Assembly (NCBI GenBank): GCA_964564035.1
Contig: CAZLZN010000001.1
Coordinates: 14,845-78,844, forward strand
Direction: 5' to 3'
DNA from: an uncultured Gammaproteobacteria bacterium
Lineage (GTDB): Bacteria > Patescibacteriota > Microgenomatia > Levybacterales > UBA12049
DNA length: 64,000 bases
Made by a program: the position numbers and the translations under genes. The number at the start of each line of letters is the position of its first letter. Positions within the stretch are counted from its first letter, which is position 1. Below the pieces are notes generated by a model. That model saw nothing but the letters and a program-made list of their open reading frames with translations, had not been told where the DNA came from and ran no database searches. Below, in pieces: positions 8,788 to 16,842 of the stretch.

Positions 8788-10015
8788 CAAAAATAAACCC
8801 CAAATTATGCATATTGATCTCGATTCTTGCTTCGCAACAATCGAACAACAGGCAAATCCACTCCTCCGGGGGAAGCCCATCGTTGTCGCCGCACACAATG
8901 CTCCCAATGGATGCATTCTGGCATCGTCTATTGAGGCTAAAAGGATGGGAATAAAAACCGGAATGAGAATTAAAGAGTCGCGCTTAATCTATCCCTATAT
9001 AATAATCCGCACGCCTGACCCGGCAAAGTATCGTGACGTTCATGTCAAATTCAAAAAAATTTTTTCGGATTATTCAAACAAGGTTATTCCTAAGTCAATT
9101 GATGAAGCGATAATAGATCTACATGATATAGAACGACTTAACCTTGACTTGGTTAAAATCGGCCGGGAAATAAAACAGCGAATGAAGACGGAAATAGGAG
9201 AATGGATAAGCTGCAGTATAGGAATCTCTACAAATCGATTTCTCGCTAAGCTTGCCGCAACTATCCATAAGCCGGACGGCCTCGATGTTATAACACACAA
9301 AAATCTGGTTGATATCTACAGCAGGATAGAACTTCTGGACCTACACGGAATCAATGTGCGGTACCAGGCGAGACTCAACGCATACGGAATATTCACGCCG
9401 ATGGATTTCCTGCGGGCAGCCTGTGAAACTCTCGAAAAAAAAGTTTTCTTAAGCATCTGCGGCCGGCAGTGGTATGAAAGAATACGTGGATACGAGACTG
9501 ATGACATCGAATTCAAGACCAAAAGCATCGGTCAACAATACGCGCTAAAAAAGCCGACGGCAAATCCTGCGGAACTCGGCCCCATGATGATGAAACTATG
9601 TGAAAAAATGGGAAGAAGACTGCGTCACAAAGGCTATACCGCGCATGGCATCCACGTGAGAATTAATTATAAAGACGGGACGACTTGGCATAGAGGTCGC
9701 ATGACGAATAGTGAGCTGTACACTACAATGGAACTATATAAAGTGGCGCTTCTTATTTTTAACCAGCAACCGGAAATTAAGCAAGCCACACTTCTTGCAG
9801 TAAGCTGTTACAAGCTGGAAGCAAACGTAAAATCCCAAATGTCTTTATTTGACGCTGATCACACAAAACATAGAAAAATGTCTGATGCTATGGATGAGAT
9901 AAATGACCGCTGGGGAGAATTTACCGTAACACCAGGCCTAATGCTCGGGACAGAGAATATTATTCCTGACAGCATTGCCTTCGGTCGCGTTAAAGAACTT
10001 GAAAACTTAGAATAA
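8771..10015 (+). CDS. dinB: Y-family translesion DNA polymerase (DinB/Pol IV-like).
   Basis: MHIDLDSCFATIEQ... matches the Y-family N-terminal DxD motif, and SIDEAIIDL supplies the catalytic D/E. A strong SD (GGAGGAA) sits 7 nt before the ATG at 8771, with an alternative ATG at 8807. Confidence 0.85.
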   Translation: MDLPISKNKPQIMHIDLDSCFATIEQQANPLLRGKPIVVAAHNAPNGCILASSIEAKRMGIKTGMRIKESRLIYPYIIIRTPDPAKYRDVHVKFKKIFSDYSNKVIPKSIDEAIIDLHDIERLNLDLVKIGREIKQRMKTEIGEWISCSIGISTNRFLAKLAATIHKPDGLDVITHKNLVDIYSRIELLDLHGINVRYQARLNAYGIFTPMDFLRAACETLEKKVFLSICGRQWYERIRGYETDDIEFKTKSIGQQYALKKPTANPAELGPMMMKLCEKMGRRLRHKGYTAHGIHVRINYKDGTTWHRGRMTNSELYTTMELYKVALLIFNQQPEIKQATLLAVSCYKLEANVKSQMSLFDADHTKHRKMSDAMDEINDRWGEFTVTPGLMLGTENIIPDSIAFGRVKELENLE

Positions 10016-10031
10016 TTTTTCCACAAATGCA

Positions 10032-10064
10032 CGAACCTGGTTTGTTTTATATTGACAAACAAGG
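10032..10064 (+). repeat. REP-like element copy B (left flank of the RAYT).
   Basis: cgaacctggtttgttttatattgacaaacaagg; an inverted partner lies at 10769-10800. Confidence 0.7.
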
Positions 10065-10096
10065 ACAGAGTGCGTAATACTAAATTATCGCTTAGT

Positions 10097-10768
10097 ATGC
10101 CATATAGAAAAATTCCACTTGTAAAAAATGAAATTTATCATATCTTCAACCGAAGCATTGCAAGACAGCCTATTTTTAAAACACAAATAGATCACAAACG
10201 AATTCTTGAGATTATAAACTTTTATAGACATGATACCAGACCCCTACGATTTTCACATTTTAAAAGGTTACCAATTGACCAAAAAAAAGATATCTTAGAG
10301 GAATATGCAAAGAATCAAAAATATCTCGTAGAAATATATGCATACTGCGTAATGCCAAATCATTTCCACTTCTTATTAAAAGCAACTCAAGACTCCGGAA
10401 TTTCAATTTTCATGAGAAACCTGCAACATAGTTATTCTAATTATTTTAATATAAAAAACAACAGGACAGGATCATTATTTCAGTCCATGTTTAAAGCAAT
10501 CAGAATAGAAACTGACGAGCAGCTTTTCCATGTTTCAAGATATATTCATTTAAATCCGGCAACTTCATTTATCATACCTATTGAAGCTCTTGAAACATAT
10601 CAATGGTCTTCATTTAAAGATTTTATAAACAAAGCAACTGAAAGCATGATCAATAAGCAGTATATTTATGAGAATTTTAAAAGCGTAGGAGAATACAAAA
10701 AGTTTGTGTATGATCAAGCTGATTATCAGCGCGAGTTAGATAAAATAAAGCACCTTATCTTCAAATAA
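10097..10768 (+). CDS. REP-associated tyrosine transposase (RAYT; IS200/IS605-like HUH Y1 transposase).
   Basis: HUH motif YCVMPNHFHFLL and catalytic Tyr motif RYIHLNP. Flanked by inverted REP copies, one of which abuts the stop codon. The ATG at 10097 is preferred over the TTG at 10052, which lies inside REP B. Confidence 0.75.
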   Translation: MPYRKIPLVKNEIYHIFNRSIARQPIFKTQIDHKRILEIINFYRHDTRPLRFSHFKRLPIDQKKDILEEYAKNQKYLVEIYAYCVMPNHFHFLLKATQDSGISIFMRNLQHSYSNYFNIKNNRTGSLFQSMFKAIRIETDEQLFHVSRYIHLNPATSFIIPIEALETYQWSSFKDFINKATESMINKQYIYENFKSVGEYKKFVYDQADYQRELDKIKHLIFK

Positions 10769-10800
10769 CCTTGTTTGTCTACCTAAATCAAACCGGGTTC
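10769..10800 (-). repeat. REP-like element copy C (right flank of the RAYT, inverted orientation).
   Basis: ccttgtttgtctacctaaatcaaaccgggttc is the reverse complement of the copy A/B consensus. It contains the GTTTG-N11-CAAAC hairpin. Confidence 0.7.
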
Positions 10801-10875
10801 AGTTAACATATTAACATCGCAATACAACGAGACCTCTTGACCTTGCCCGCTGAATTATTTTATATTTAAATAAGA

Positions 10876-11088
10876 ATGAAAAAAGAAACAATACTCTGGC
10901 AAATAATTGTAGTTATCCTCGGTCTACTCCTGATATTGACTCTAAACTATTATCTGCAGGAAAATAACAAAATAAAAGCCCTCTCGGAAACGGCAAAATG
11001 CATATCCGATATGAAAAACGCGTTTCCCGATGGAAGCAGATCCGATGTATGCGAAGACATCCTGAACTTCAAAAATAAATCCCTCTAA
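10876..11088 (+). CDS. Small hypothetical membrane-anchored or secreted protein (70 aa).
   Basis: N-terminal TM/signal-like segment ILWQIIVVILGLLLILTL. Confidence 0.35.
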   Translation: MKKETILWQIIVVILGLLLILTLNYYLQENNKIKALSETAKCISDMKNAFPDGSRSDVCEDILNFKNKSL

Positions 11089-11100
11089 ACCAGATCTTAA

Positions 11101-11409
11101 TCAACTCACTCGCCACAAAGACTTACTCAGATCTACTTTATCGCCCTCAAAAAAAACACCCTCTTCCTCTAGCATTTTTTTCTTGGAGCTTATACCGTCA
11201 CCGGCCGAATACCCGGTAAGCTTTCCGTCGGACGCGACTACCCTGTGACACGGAGTATTCGGAATATCGGGATTATTCCTCATACACATCCCGACAGCGC
11301 GGGCCGCCCGCGGACTTCCGGCGAGCACCGCGATCTGCCCGTAAGTTGCAACCTTACCCCTGGGAATTTTTCTAACCTCTTCATACACTCTAAATCCAAA
11401 CTTTCTCAT
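11101..11409 (-). CDS. ogt: Methylated-DNA-protein-cysteine methyltransferase, a short form with the DNA-binding/active-site domain only.
   Basis: Active-site motif PCHRVV and the upstream YGQIA...G motif. Confidence 0.8.
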   Translation of the reverse strand: MRKFGFRVYEEVRKIPRGKVATYGQIAVLAGSPRAARAVGMCMRNNPDIPNTPCHRVVASDGKLTGYSAGDGISSKKKMLEEEGVFFEGDKVDLSKSLWRVS

Positions 11410-11417
11410 ACTTCCCC

Positions 11418-11438
11418 TTAATACTTAATACTTAATAC
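11418..11438. repeat. Heptamer tandem repeat (TTAATAC)x3.
   Basis: Read directly; lies between the MGMT start and the dnaJ stop. The same unit recurs at 56942-56955. Confidence 0.7.
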
Positions 11439-11442
11439 TATC

Positions 11443-12318
11443 TTAAAACCATCCCTTTTTCCCCTGCAATTCTTCCTTCCTGAATTCCTCCAAAAGCTCT
11501 TTTTGTTTCTTATTCAGTTTTTTCGGAACACTGACTTTGATTCTCACATAATGATTCCCGCGCCCACTGCCGCGAAGATGCGGCATGCCCCGGCCGTTAA
11601 GGCGTATCAATATTCCGGGCTGTGTCCCCTCCGGAATTTTTATTTTTAGAGGACCGTCAATCGTCTCAACTTCAACCTCATCTCCCAGCGCGGCCTGAGC
11701 GATCGAAACTTCTTTCTCTGAAATGATCTCCGACCCTTCTCTTTCAAATCTCGGATCGGACGCTACATCGAGCACTATATCATATTTCTCAAATCTGATT
11801 CTCGAACCGCTGTCAACGCCAGCCGGTATTTTTATTTTCTGCTTCTCTCCGTTTACTACCACTTCTTTTTCAGTGCCTTTCGCCGCTTCCATAAAAGTAA
11901 TTCTGGCCGAATAAACAGGCCTTCTCTGCCGGCCGCCAAACGGACTGCCGCCGCCGAAAAATTGCTCAAAAATCTCAAAAGGATCGGAATAGCCTCCGAA
12001 ATTAAAATCAAAACCGCCTCCATTATTGGAATAAGTGTAATTAAAAGGCCCGTATTGTCCGCCCTGACCTCCATAAGGATTTTGTCCCGCGCCCTGTTCA
12101 TACGCCGAATGTCCGACCTGATCATACATCTTCCTTTTTTCATCATTCGCCAATACTTCGTAAGCTTTAGTTACCTCTTTGAACTTCGCCTCAGCATCCT
12201 TGGATTTATTTCTATCAGGATGATATTCCAAAGCAAGCTTACGGTAAGCCTTCTTGATCTCATCAAGACTCGCTGTTTTATTGACCCCCAATATTGAATA
12301 ATAATCTCCGCTCGCCAT
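11443..12318 (-). CDS. dnaJ: DnaJ-class co-chaperone without a Zn-finger (CbpA-type).
   Basis: J domain (YYSILGV...HPDRN) and a G/F-rich region, but no CxxCxGxG repeats. Confidence 0.85.
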   Translation of the reverse strand: MASGDYYSILGVNKTASLDEIKKAYRKLALEYHPDRNKSKDAEAKFKEVTKAYEVLANDEKRKMYDQVGHSAYEQGAGQNPYGGQGGQYGPFNYTYSNNGGGFDFNFGGYSDPFEIFEQFFGGGSPFGGRQRRPVYSARITFMEAAKGTEKEVVVNGEKQKIKIPAGVDSGSRIRFEKYDIVLDVASDPRFEREGSEIISEKEVSIAQAALGDEVEVETIDGPLKIKIPEGTQPGILIRLNGRGMPHLRGSGRGNHYVRIKVSVPKKLNKKQKELLEEFRKEELQGKKGWF

Positions 12319-12406
12319 ATTACTACCTGTTATTTACCAAAAAAGCGCCTTACTGCGCTCAATTATTTCAAATTTCTAATTTATAATTTGAAATTAATTT
12401 TCAATG

Positions 12407-12427
12407 TTTTAAATTTTAAATTTTAAA
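12407..12427. repeat. Heptamer tandem repeat (TTTTAAA)x3.
   Basis: Read directly, in the dnaK-dnaJ spacer. Confidence 0.7.
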
Positions 12428-12439
12428 CATTTATGTTTG

Positions 12440-12474
12440 ATTGAAAATTGAAAATTGAAAATTTCAAATTGAAA
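12440..12474. repeat. Heptamer tandem repeat (ATTGAAA)x3, followed by ATTTCAA and ATTGAAA.
   Basis: Read directly, in the dnaK-dnaJ spacer, ending 1 nt before the dnaK stop. Confidence 0.75.
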
Positions 12475-12475
12475 A

Positions 12476-14398
12476 CTATTCTACCACTTCTCCCTCAACC
12501 GGCTCATCTTTGTCTTTTTTCTTTTTATCTTCTTTTTTCTCGCCCTCAGCATTCTCAGCCTGACCCTCGGCGCCTTGATCCTGAGCCTGATCTCCGGTTG
12601 CGCCGGCTGCACTGTACATGCTCTGACCAATCTTTTGCAGATGATCCGAAAGTTCCTGAGTTTTTGCCTTAATATCTTCTTTGGAACCGCTATCGAGTAT
12701 ATCTTTTAGCGCCTTTACCTTTTCCTCAACTTCTTTCCTCAGATCCTCGCTGATCTTGTCTTTATCTTCACGTAATGCCTTCTCTGCTGTAAATATCAAA
12801 GCATCTGCCTGATTCCTGACTTCAACTTTTTCTTTCTTTTCTTCATCTTCTTTCGCGTGCAATTCAGCCTCTTTGGTCATTTTCTCAACTTCTTCTTTCG
12901 ATAAACCTGTCGATCCGGTTATTTTGATGCTTTGCGCTTTGCCTGTTGCCTTATCTTTCGCGGTAACATTCAGAAGTCCGTTCGCGTCAATATCAAAAGT
13001 AACCTCAATCTGCGGTACGCCTCTCGGCGCCGGCGGAATTCCGTCCAAAATAAATCTCCCCAGTGATTTATTATCGTTCGCCATCGGCCGCTCTCCCTGT
13101 AAAATATTTATTTCTACCTGCGTCTGATTATCGCCTGCTGTAGAAAATACCTGCGATTTTGAAGTAGGAATAGTTGTATTTCTTGTAATAAGCGGCGTAG
13201 ATACTGCCCCCATCGTCTCAATACCCAGAGTCAGTGGCGTAACGTCAAGAAGCAATACGTCCTTAACTTCTCCGCCGAGAACTCCGGCCTGCACGGCCGC
13301 GCCGACTGCGACTACTTCATCCGGATTGACCGATCTATTGGCTTCTTTCCCGAAAAACCGCGTTACAACCTCAACCACTTTAGGCATCCTCGTCATACCT
13401 CCGACCAAAATTACTTCGTTTATATCTTTCTCAGTCATTCCGGCATCTTTTAGAGCCTTCTTGACCGGCTCAAGCGTTTTTTCAACTAATTCACCGACAA
13501 CCATCTCAAGCTTTGATCGTGTCAAAGTCATTGTCAGATGCAGCGGTCCGTCTTTGCCTTGAGTTATAAACGGCTGATTTATTTGCGCTTCCTGACTGCT
13601 GGACAGCTCTATCTTTGCCTTCTCCGCCGACTCTTTCAGCCTCTGAAGGGCTTGCGAATCTTTGCGTAGATCAATACTGTTTTCTTTCTGGAACTCCTCG
13701 GCTATATATTCTATTATTTTCTGATCAAAATCGTCTCCACCGAGATGCGTATCGCCATTCGTGGATTTGACGTGGTATACGCCTTCTCCAAGCTCAAGAA
13801 TTGAGATATCAAAGGTTCCGCCTCCCAAATCATAAACCGCAATCGTGTGTGTATTTTTCTTATCGAGCCCGTATGCCAAAGCTGCAGCTGTCGGTTCATT
13901 AATAATACGAAGTACCTCAAGTCCGGCTATCTCACCGGCCTGTTTGGTAGCCTGTCTCTGACTGTCATCAAAATACGCCGGAACCGTAATGACCGCCTGT
14001 GTTACTTTACTTCCCAAATACGCTTCGGCATCTGCCTTAATTTTCTGAAGAATCATCGCGGAAACTTCCTGCGGAGTAAATGTTTTACCCTCAACCTCAA
14101 CGACTGCCATATCATCACGACCTGCCTTGACTGTATATGGAAGCCATTTTGTATCAAACTGGACAGACTTATCATGGAACTTCTTTCCCATGAGTCTCTT
14201 AATTGAAAAGATTGTCCTCTTTGGCTTAAGCACCATTTGCCTCTTCGCGACGTCTCCGACCACGTGCGAGATTGGATCGACTACAGACGGTATAACATTG
14301 CGTCCTTCTGCGGAATGGATCACTTTTGGCGATCCGCCCTCCATTACAGCGACACACGAATTTGTTGTTCCTAAATCAATTCCTATTATTTTTCCCAT
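12476..14398 (-). CDS. dnaK: Chaperone DnaK (Hsp70).
   Basis: [18 protein letters not shown]..., DLGGGTFD and the full Hsp70 architecture. Confidence 0.95.
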   Translation of the reverse strand: MGKIIGIDLGTTNSCVAVMEGGSPKVIHSAEGRNVIPSVVDPISHVVGDVAKRQMVLKPKRTIFSIKRLMGKKFHDKSVQFDTKWLPYTVKAGRDDMAVVEVEGKTFTPQEVSAMILQKIKADAEAYLGSKVTQAVITVPAYFDDSQRQATKQAGEIAGLEVLRIINEPTAAALAYGLDKKNTHTIAVYDLGGGTFDISILELGEGVYHVKSTNGDTHLGGDDFDQKIIEYIAEEFQKENSIDLRKDSQALQRLKESAEKAKIELSSSQEAQINQPFITQGKDGPLHLTMTLTRSKLEMVVGELVEKTLEPVKKALKDAGMTEKDINEVILVGGMTRMPKVVEVVTRFFGKEANRSVNPDEVVAVGAAVQAGVLGGEVKDVLLLDVTPLTLGIETMGAVSTPLITRNTTIPTSKSQVFSTAGDNQTQVEINILQGERPMANDNKSLGRFILDGIPPAPRGVPQIEVTFDIDANGLLNVTAKDKATGKAQSIKITGSTGLSKEEVEKMTKEAELHAKEDEEKKEKVEVRNQADALIFTAEKALREDKDKISEDLRKEVEEKVKALKDILDSGSKEDIKAKTQELSDHLQKIGQSMYSAAGATGDQAQDQGAEGQAENAEGEKKEDKKKKDKDEPVEGEVVE

Positions 14399-14526
14399 AA
14401 TTTCCTTTCGTTAATAAACTACTTGTCAAAATTTATACCTCCCCAAGCTTTCTGATTCGAACTTATCATCAGTGTTCTGCTCTGCAGAACTTCTTCAGCG
14501 CTCTGCTCTGCAGAAATTACAATATC

Positions 14527-15033
14527 TTATTCTTCAGTGTCCTGCTTTGCTGAACCTACTATCACCTGTGCAGGTCTCAAAACCTTATCATTTATTATAT
14601 ACCCGGTTCTCAAAACTTCAAGCACTTTGTTTTCTTCTCCTTCCGCAACTTTTATACATTCCATCAGATTTGGATCAAACTCTTTACCCTGCGCTTCGAT
14701 CTGAGTTACCCCTTCGGCTTTCAGTGCGTCCAGAAACTGATCAATGCTTACTTTCAAACCTTCATTGTTTATGTGCTGATTTGCCAGTAATAGTGTATCC
14801 AAAACAGGCAATAATCGCAATAGCAATTCTCTGTTTGCCGACCTTATTAAATTTAACCTTTCATCTGCCGTCCGTTTCTGTAAATTTTGATAATCGGCAA
14901 GCGCCCTCTTATACTTACTCTCATTTTCCTCAACCTGAGCTTTCAATTTTTCCAGTTCCTGTTCATCCTCAGGTTTCTTCAGCTCTTTTTCTTCTACATC
15001 TTCCTTTTTATTTTTATTATCATCACTCTTCAT
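14527..15033 (-). CDS. grpE: Nucleotide exchange factor GrpE.
   Basis: Coiled-coil N-terminus and GrpE C-terminal motifs; syntenic position hrcA-grpE-dnaK-dnaJ. Confidence 0.9.
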   Translation of the reverse strand: MKSDDNKNKKEDVEEKELKKPEDEQELEKLKAQVEENESKYKRALADYQNLQKRTADERLNLIRSANRELLLRLLPVLDTLLLANQHINNEGLKVSIDQFLDALKAEGVTQIEAQGKEFDPNLMECIKVAEGEENKVLEVLRTGYIINDKVLRPAQVIVGSAKQDTEE

Positions 15034-15041
15034 CTTTAATT

Positions 15042-15062
15042 TTTGATCTTTGATCTTTGATT
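15042..15062. repeat. Heptamer tandem repeat (TTTGATC)x2 plus TTTGATT.
   Basis: Read directly, in the hrcA-grpE spacer. Confidence 0.7.
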
Positions 15063-15068
15063 TTATCT

Positions 15069-15803
15069 CTACCAGCCCGATGCGCTCGACTCAATCAAAT
15101 TCCCAAAATACCTGACTGTCGGTATAATAGATGTATATCTGAGCCTGACCGGACCTACCACTCCAATTTTACCCGTAATATTCCTTGGTGTCTTAAAATC
15201 TGTAAATATAAATCCATAAGGCCCATGCAGACTGTCTCCCAACTCATCCTCGATCAACACATGAATATCCTCAGACTCATTATTGGTATGAGCAAATATC
15301 CCTCTGATCAGATCATATTCATCAATAGCAGTCAGCAAATTTTTAGTAACGTCTATATCGTAAAACTCCGGCATATCCAAAATATTTGCGTACCCCGAGC
15401 AGTACAGGTTCTCATTGTCTATAGTCGCGATTGCCAAAGTGTTGGTTTTCTCCGCAAGAGATTTTGTAACTTCCTTCAAAAACCTCTGCATCTTATCTCT
15501 ATAGTCCCAAACTTTCTCCTTTAGCGCGACCTCTTCGACGATCGACAGCTCTTTTTCCTTCATCAACTCCCTGACATAAAACTTAATTCCTTTAGAAGTA
15601 GGTATGCGCCCGGCCGAAGAATGCGGCTTTTTCAGATATCCCTGCTCAGAGAGCTGCACCATCTCATTTCGTATCGTAGCAGGAGATGCGCTTATGTTCC
15701 TCTTCTTCTCAATCGTCTCGGAACCGACCGGCTCCGCTGTCTCAATATATTCCTCGACAATACTCTTGAGTATTTCAATTTGCCTTTGCGTTAAGTTATG
15801 CAT
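15069..15803 (-). CDS. hrcA: Heat-inducible transcription repressor HrcA, a compact 244-aa form.
   Basis: N-terminal wHTH (QRQIEILKSIVEEYIETAEPVGS) and its position at the head of the grpE-dnaK-dnaJ operon. Confidence 0.85.
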   Translation of the reverse strand: MHNLTQRQIEILKSIVEEYIETAEPVGSETIEKKRNISASPATIRNEMVQLSEQGYLKKPHSSAGRIPTSKGIKFYVRELMKEKELSIVEEVALKEKVWDYRDKMQRFLKEVTKSLAEKTNTLAIATIDNENLYCSGYANILDMPEFYDIDVTKNLLTAIDEYDLIRGIFAHTNNESEDIHVLIEDELGDSLHGPYGFIFTDFKTPRNITGKIGVVGPVRLRYTSIIPTVRYFGNLIESSASGW

Positions 15804-15812
15804 ATTACTAAT

Positions 15813-15839
15813 TTAGCAATAATATAACATGAGTGCCAA
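15813..15839. promoter_or_regulatory. Degenerate CIRCE-like inverted repeat (TTAGCAATA-N9-GAGTGCCAA) immediately upstream of hrcA.
   Basis: Compared by eye with the CIRCE consensus TTAGCACTC-N9-GAGTGCTAA. The right half matches 8/9 and the left half 6/9. It lies about 10 nt upstream of the hrcA ATG. Confidence 0.4.
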
Positions 15840-15884
15840 TTCATGTCAAGAGATAAAAATCCCGCAACTTAACGCTCGGGAAAT

Positions 15885-16075
15885 CATATACTGCGCTTTG
15901 TAGGGAGTGACCTGCCTTGCAGCCGTGTCTGCCTGCAGGCAGGAAATCCCGTCCGATACGAAAAACCTCTTCGCTCTCATCCTACAGCTTATGGTACGAC
16001 TACGCTCGCTATCCTGAGCATGCCGAAGGACGCTCGAATTTTTCCGCGAAGGGGGATAACATTCAGTATTAATTA
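15885..16075. ncRNA. GC-rich structured element; candidate small RNA of unknown class.
   Basis: An island of about 190 nt with visibly higher GC than its flanks. It contains an 11-bp hairpin (CCTGCC-t-TGCAG...CTGCA-GGCAGG). It lies between the hrcA promoter region and yidD. The only ORF here (89 aa, minus strand) has an implausible composition. It does not match RNase P, tmRNA or SRP RNA by eye. Confidence 0.25.
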
Positions 16076-16098
16076 TCATTATTCTGTATAATAACTGT

Positions 16099-16329
16099 AT
16101 GAATGGGCTATTCATTTATACAATACGTGTTTATCAAAAACTTTTCTCCCCCCTCCTGAGTTCTGCCGGGATCCAGTGTATATACAAAAAATCTTGCTCC
16201 GATTACTGTGTGGATCAGCTTAAAAAACACAATTTCATAAAAGCCTTGATTCTATGCGCTCTCAGGATCCTAAGCTGTAATCCTGTAAACTCTTATCTGA
16301 AAAATAAAAAATTACGCCGTACTCAATAA
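16099..16329 (+). CDS. yidD: Membrane protein insertion efficiency factor YidD.
   Basis: Pattern YQKLFSPLL...CIYKKSCSDYCVDQLKKHNFIKALILCALRILSCNP, with the conserved Cys spacing of YidD. Confidence 0.75.
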   Translation: MNGLFIYTIRVYQKLFSPLLSSAGIQCIYKKSCSDYCVDQLKKHNFIKALILCALRILSCNPVNSYLKNKKLRRTQ

Positions 16330-16380
16330 ATCCGCCTTTCATTGCGATAGTATTTAAAATATAATAAAAACAACACACCT

Positions 16381-16788
16381 ATGCCTGCATTTATACCATT
16401 TAAATCTTTCAATAAAAAAAATTTTATACTCAACTTTCTTTTCGGCATTATATTCCTGATAGCCTCGGCCGCAACAATCATTTTTTTCCCGCCCGGCCAT
16501 AATTTTAATCTATATGGCATAAACATAGCGGCCACTTCTGTTTTTTATACCTTATTATTCTTAACTGTTTATTTCCTGGTAAATTCGTTCCTCCCCAACA
16601 AAAAACACGGTATACTGATCGCATTATTTACTGTCATTTACCTGATTTTCCGCCAATACAACCTGCGCAATCCATTATTTCTCCTTCTATTACTTGCACT
16701 TTTTCTGACCTTCGAATTCCTCTTCTCAGGCTCTCGGACAAAATCACGCGGGGTAAAAAGCCTGGACAGCGGCTCCGATAATAATTAA
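16381..16788 (+). CDS. Hypothetical small integral membrane protein (4 TM).
   Basis: Hydrophobic 135-aa ORF. Confidence 0.5.
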   Translation: MPAFIPFKSFNKKNFILNFLFGIIFLIASAATIIFFPPGHNFNLYGINIAATSVFYTLLFLTVYFLVNSFLPNKKHGILIALFTVIYLIFRQYNLRNPLFLLLLLALFLTFEFLFSGSRTKSRGVKSLDSGSDNN

Positions 16789-16842
16789 TTACATTGTCAA
16801 GCTTGTACAAACAATAACGCTCTGATACAATTTTTTTATCAA

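Noticed and set aside
10052-10096. TTG start of the RAYT inside REP copy B.
   Set aside because: A start codon within the REP hairpin is unlikely. The ATG at 10097 is followed by a sensible N-terminus.
15885-16075. Possible RNase P RNA, tmRNA or SRP RNA.
   Set aside because: It is too short at about 190 nt. It lacks the P4 / GGUGAAA blocks of RNase P, lacks a tmRNA tag reading frame ending ...ALAA with a CCA end, and lacks the SRP GGAA-tetraloop domain IV motif. Only a fortuitous AGGAAATCC resemblance was seen.
15846-16115. 89-aa minus-strand ORF spanning the GC-rich island.
   Set aside because: Its composition is Arg/Ser/Cys-rich and low-complexity, with no homolog pattern. The region is better explained as structured non-coding RNA or a leader.
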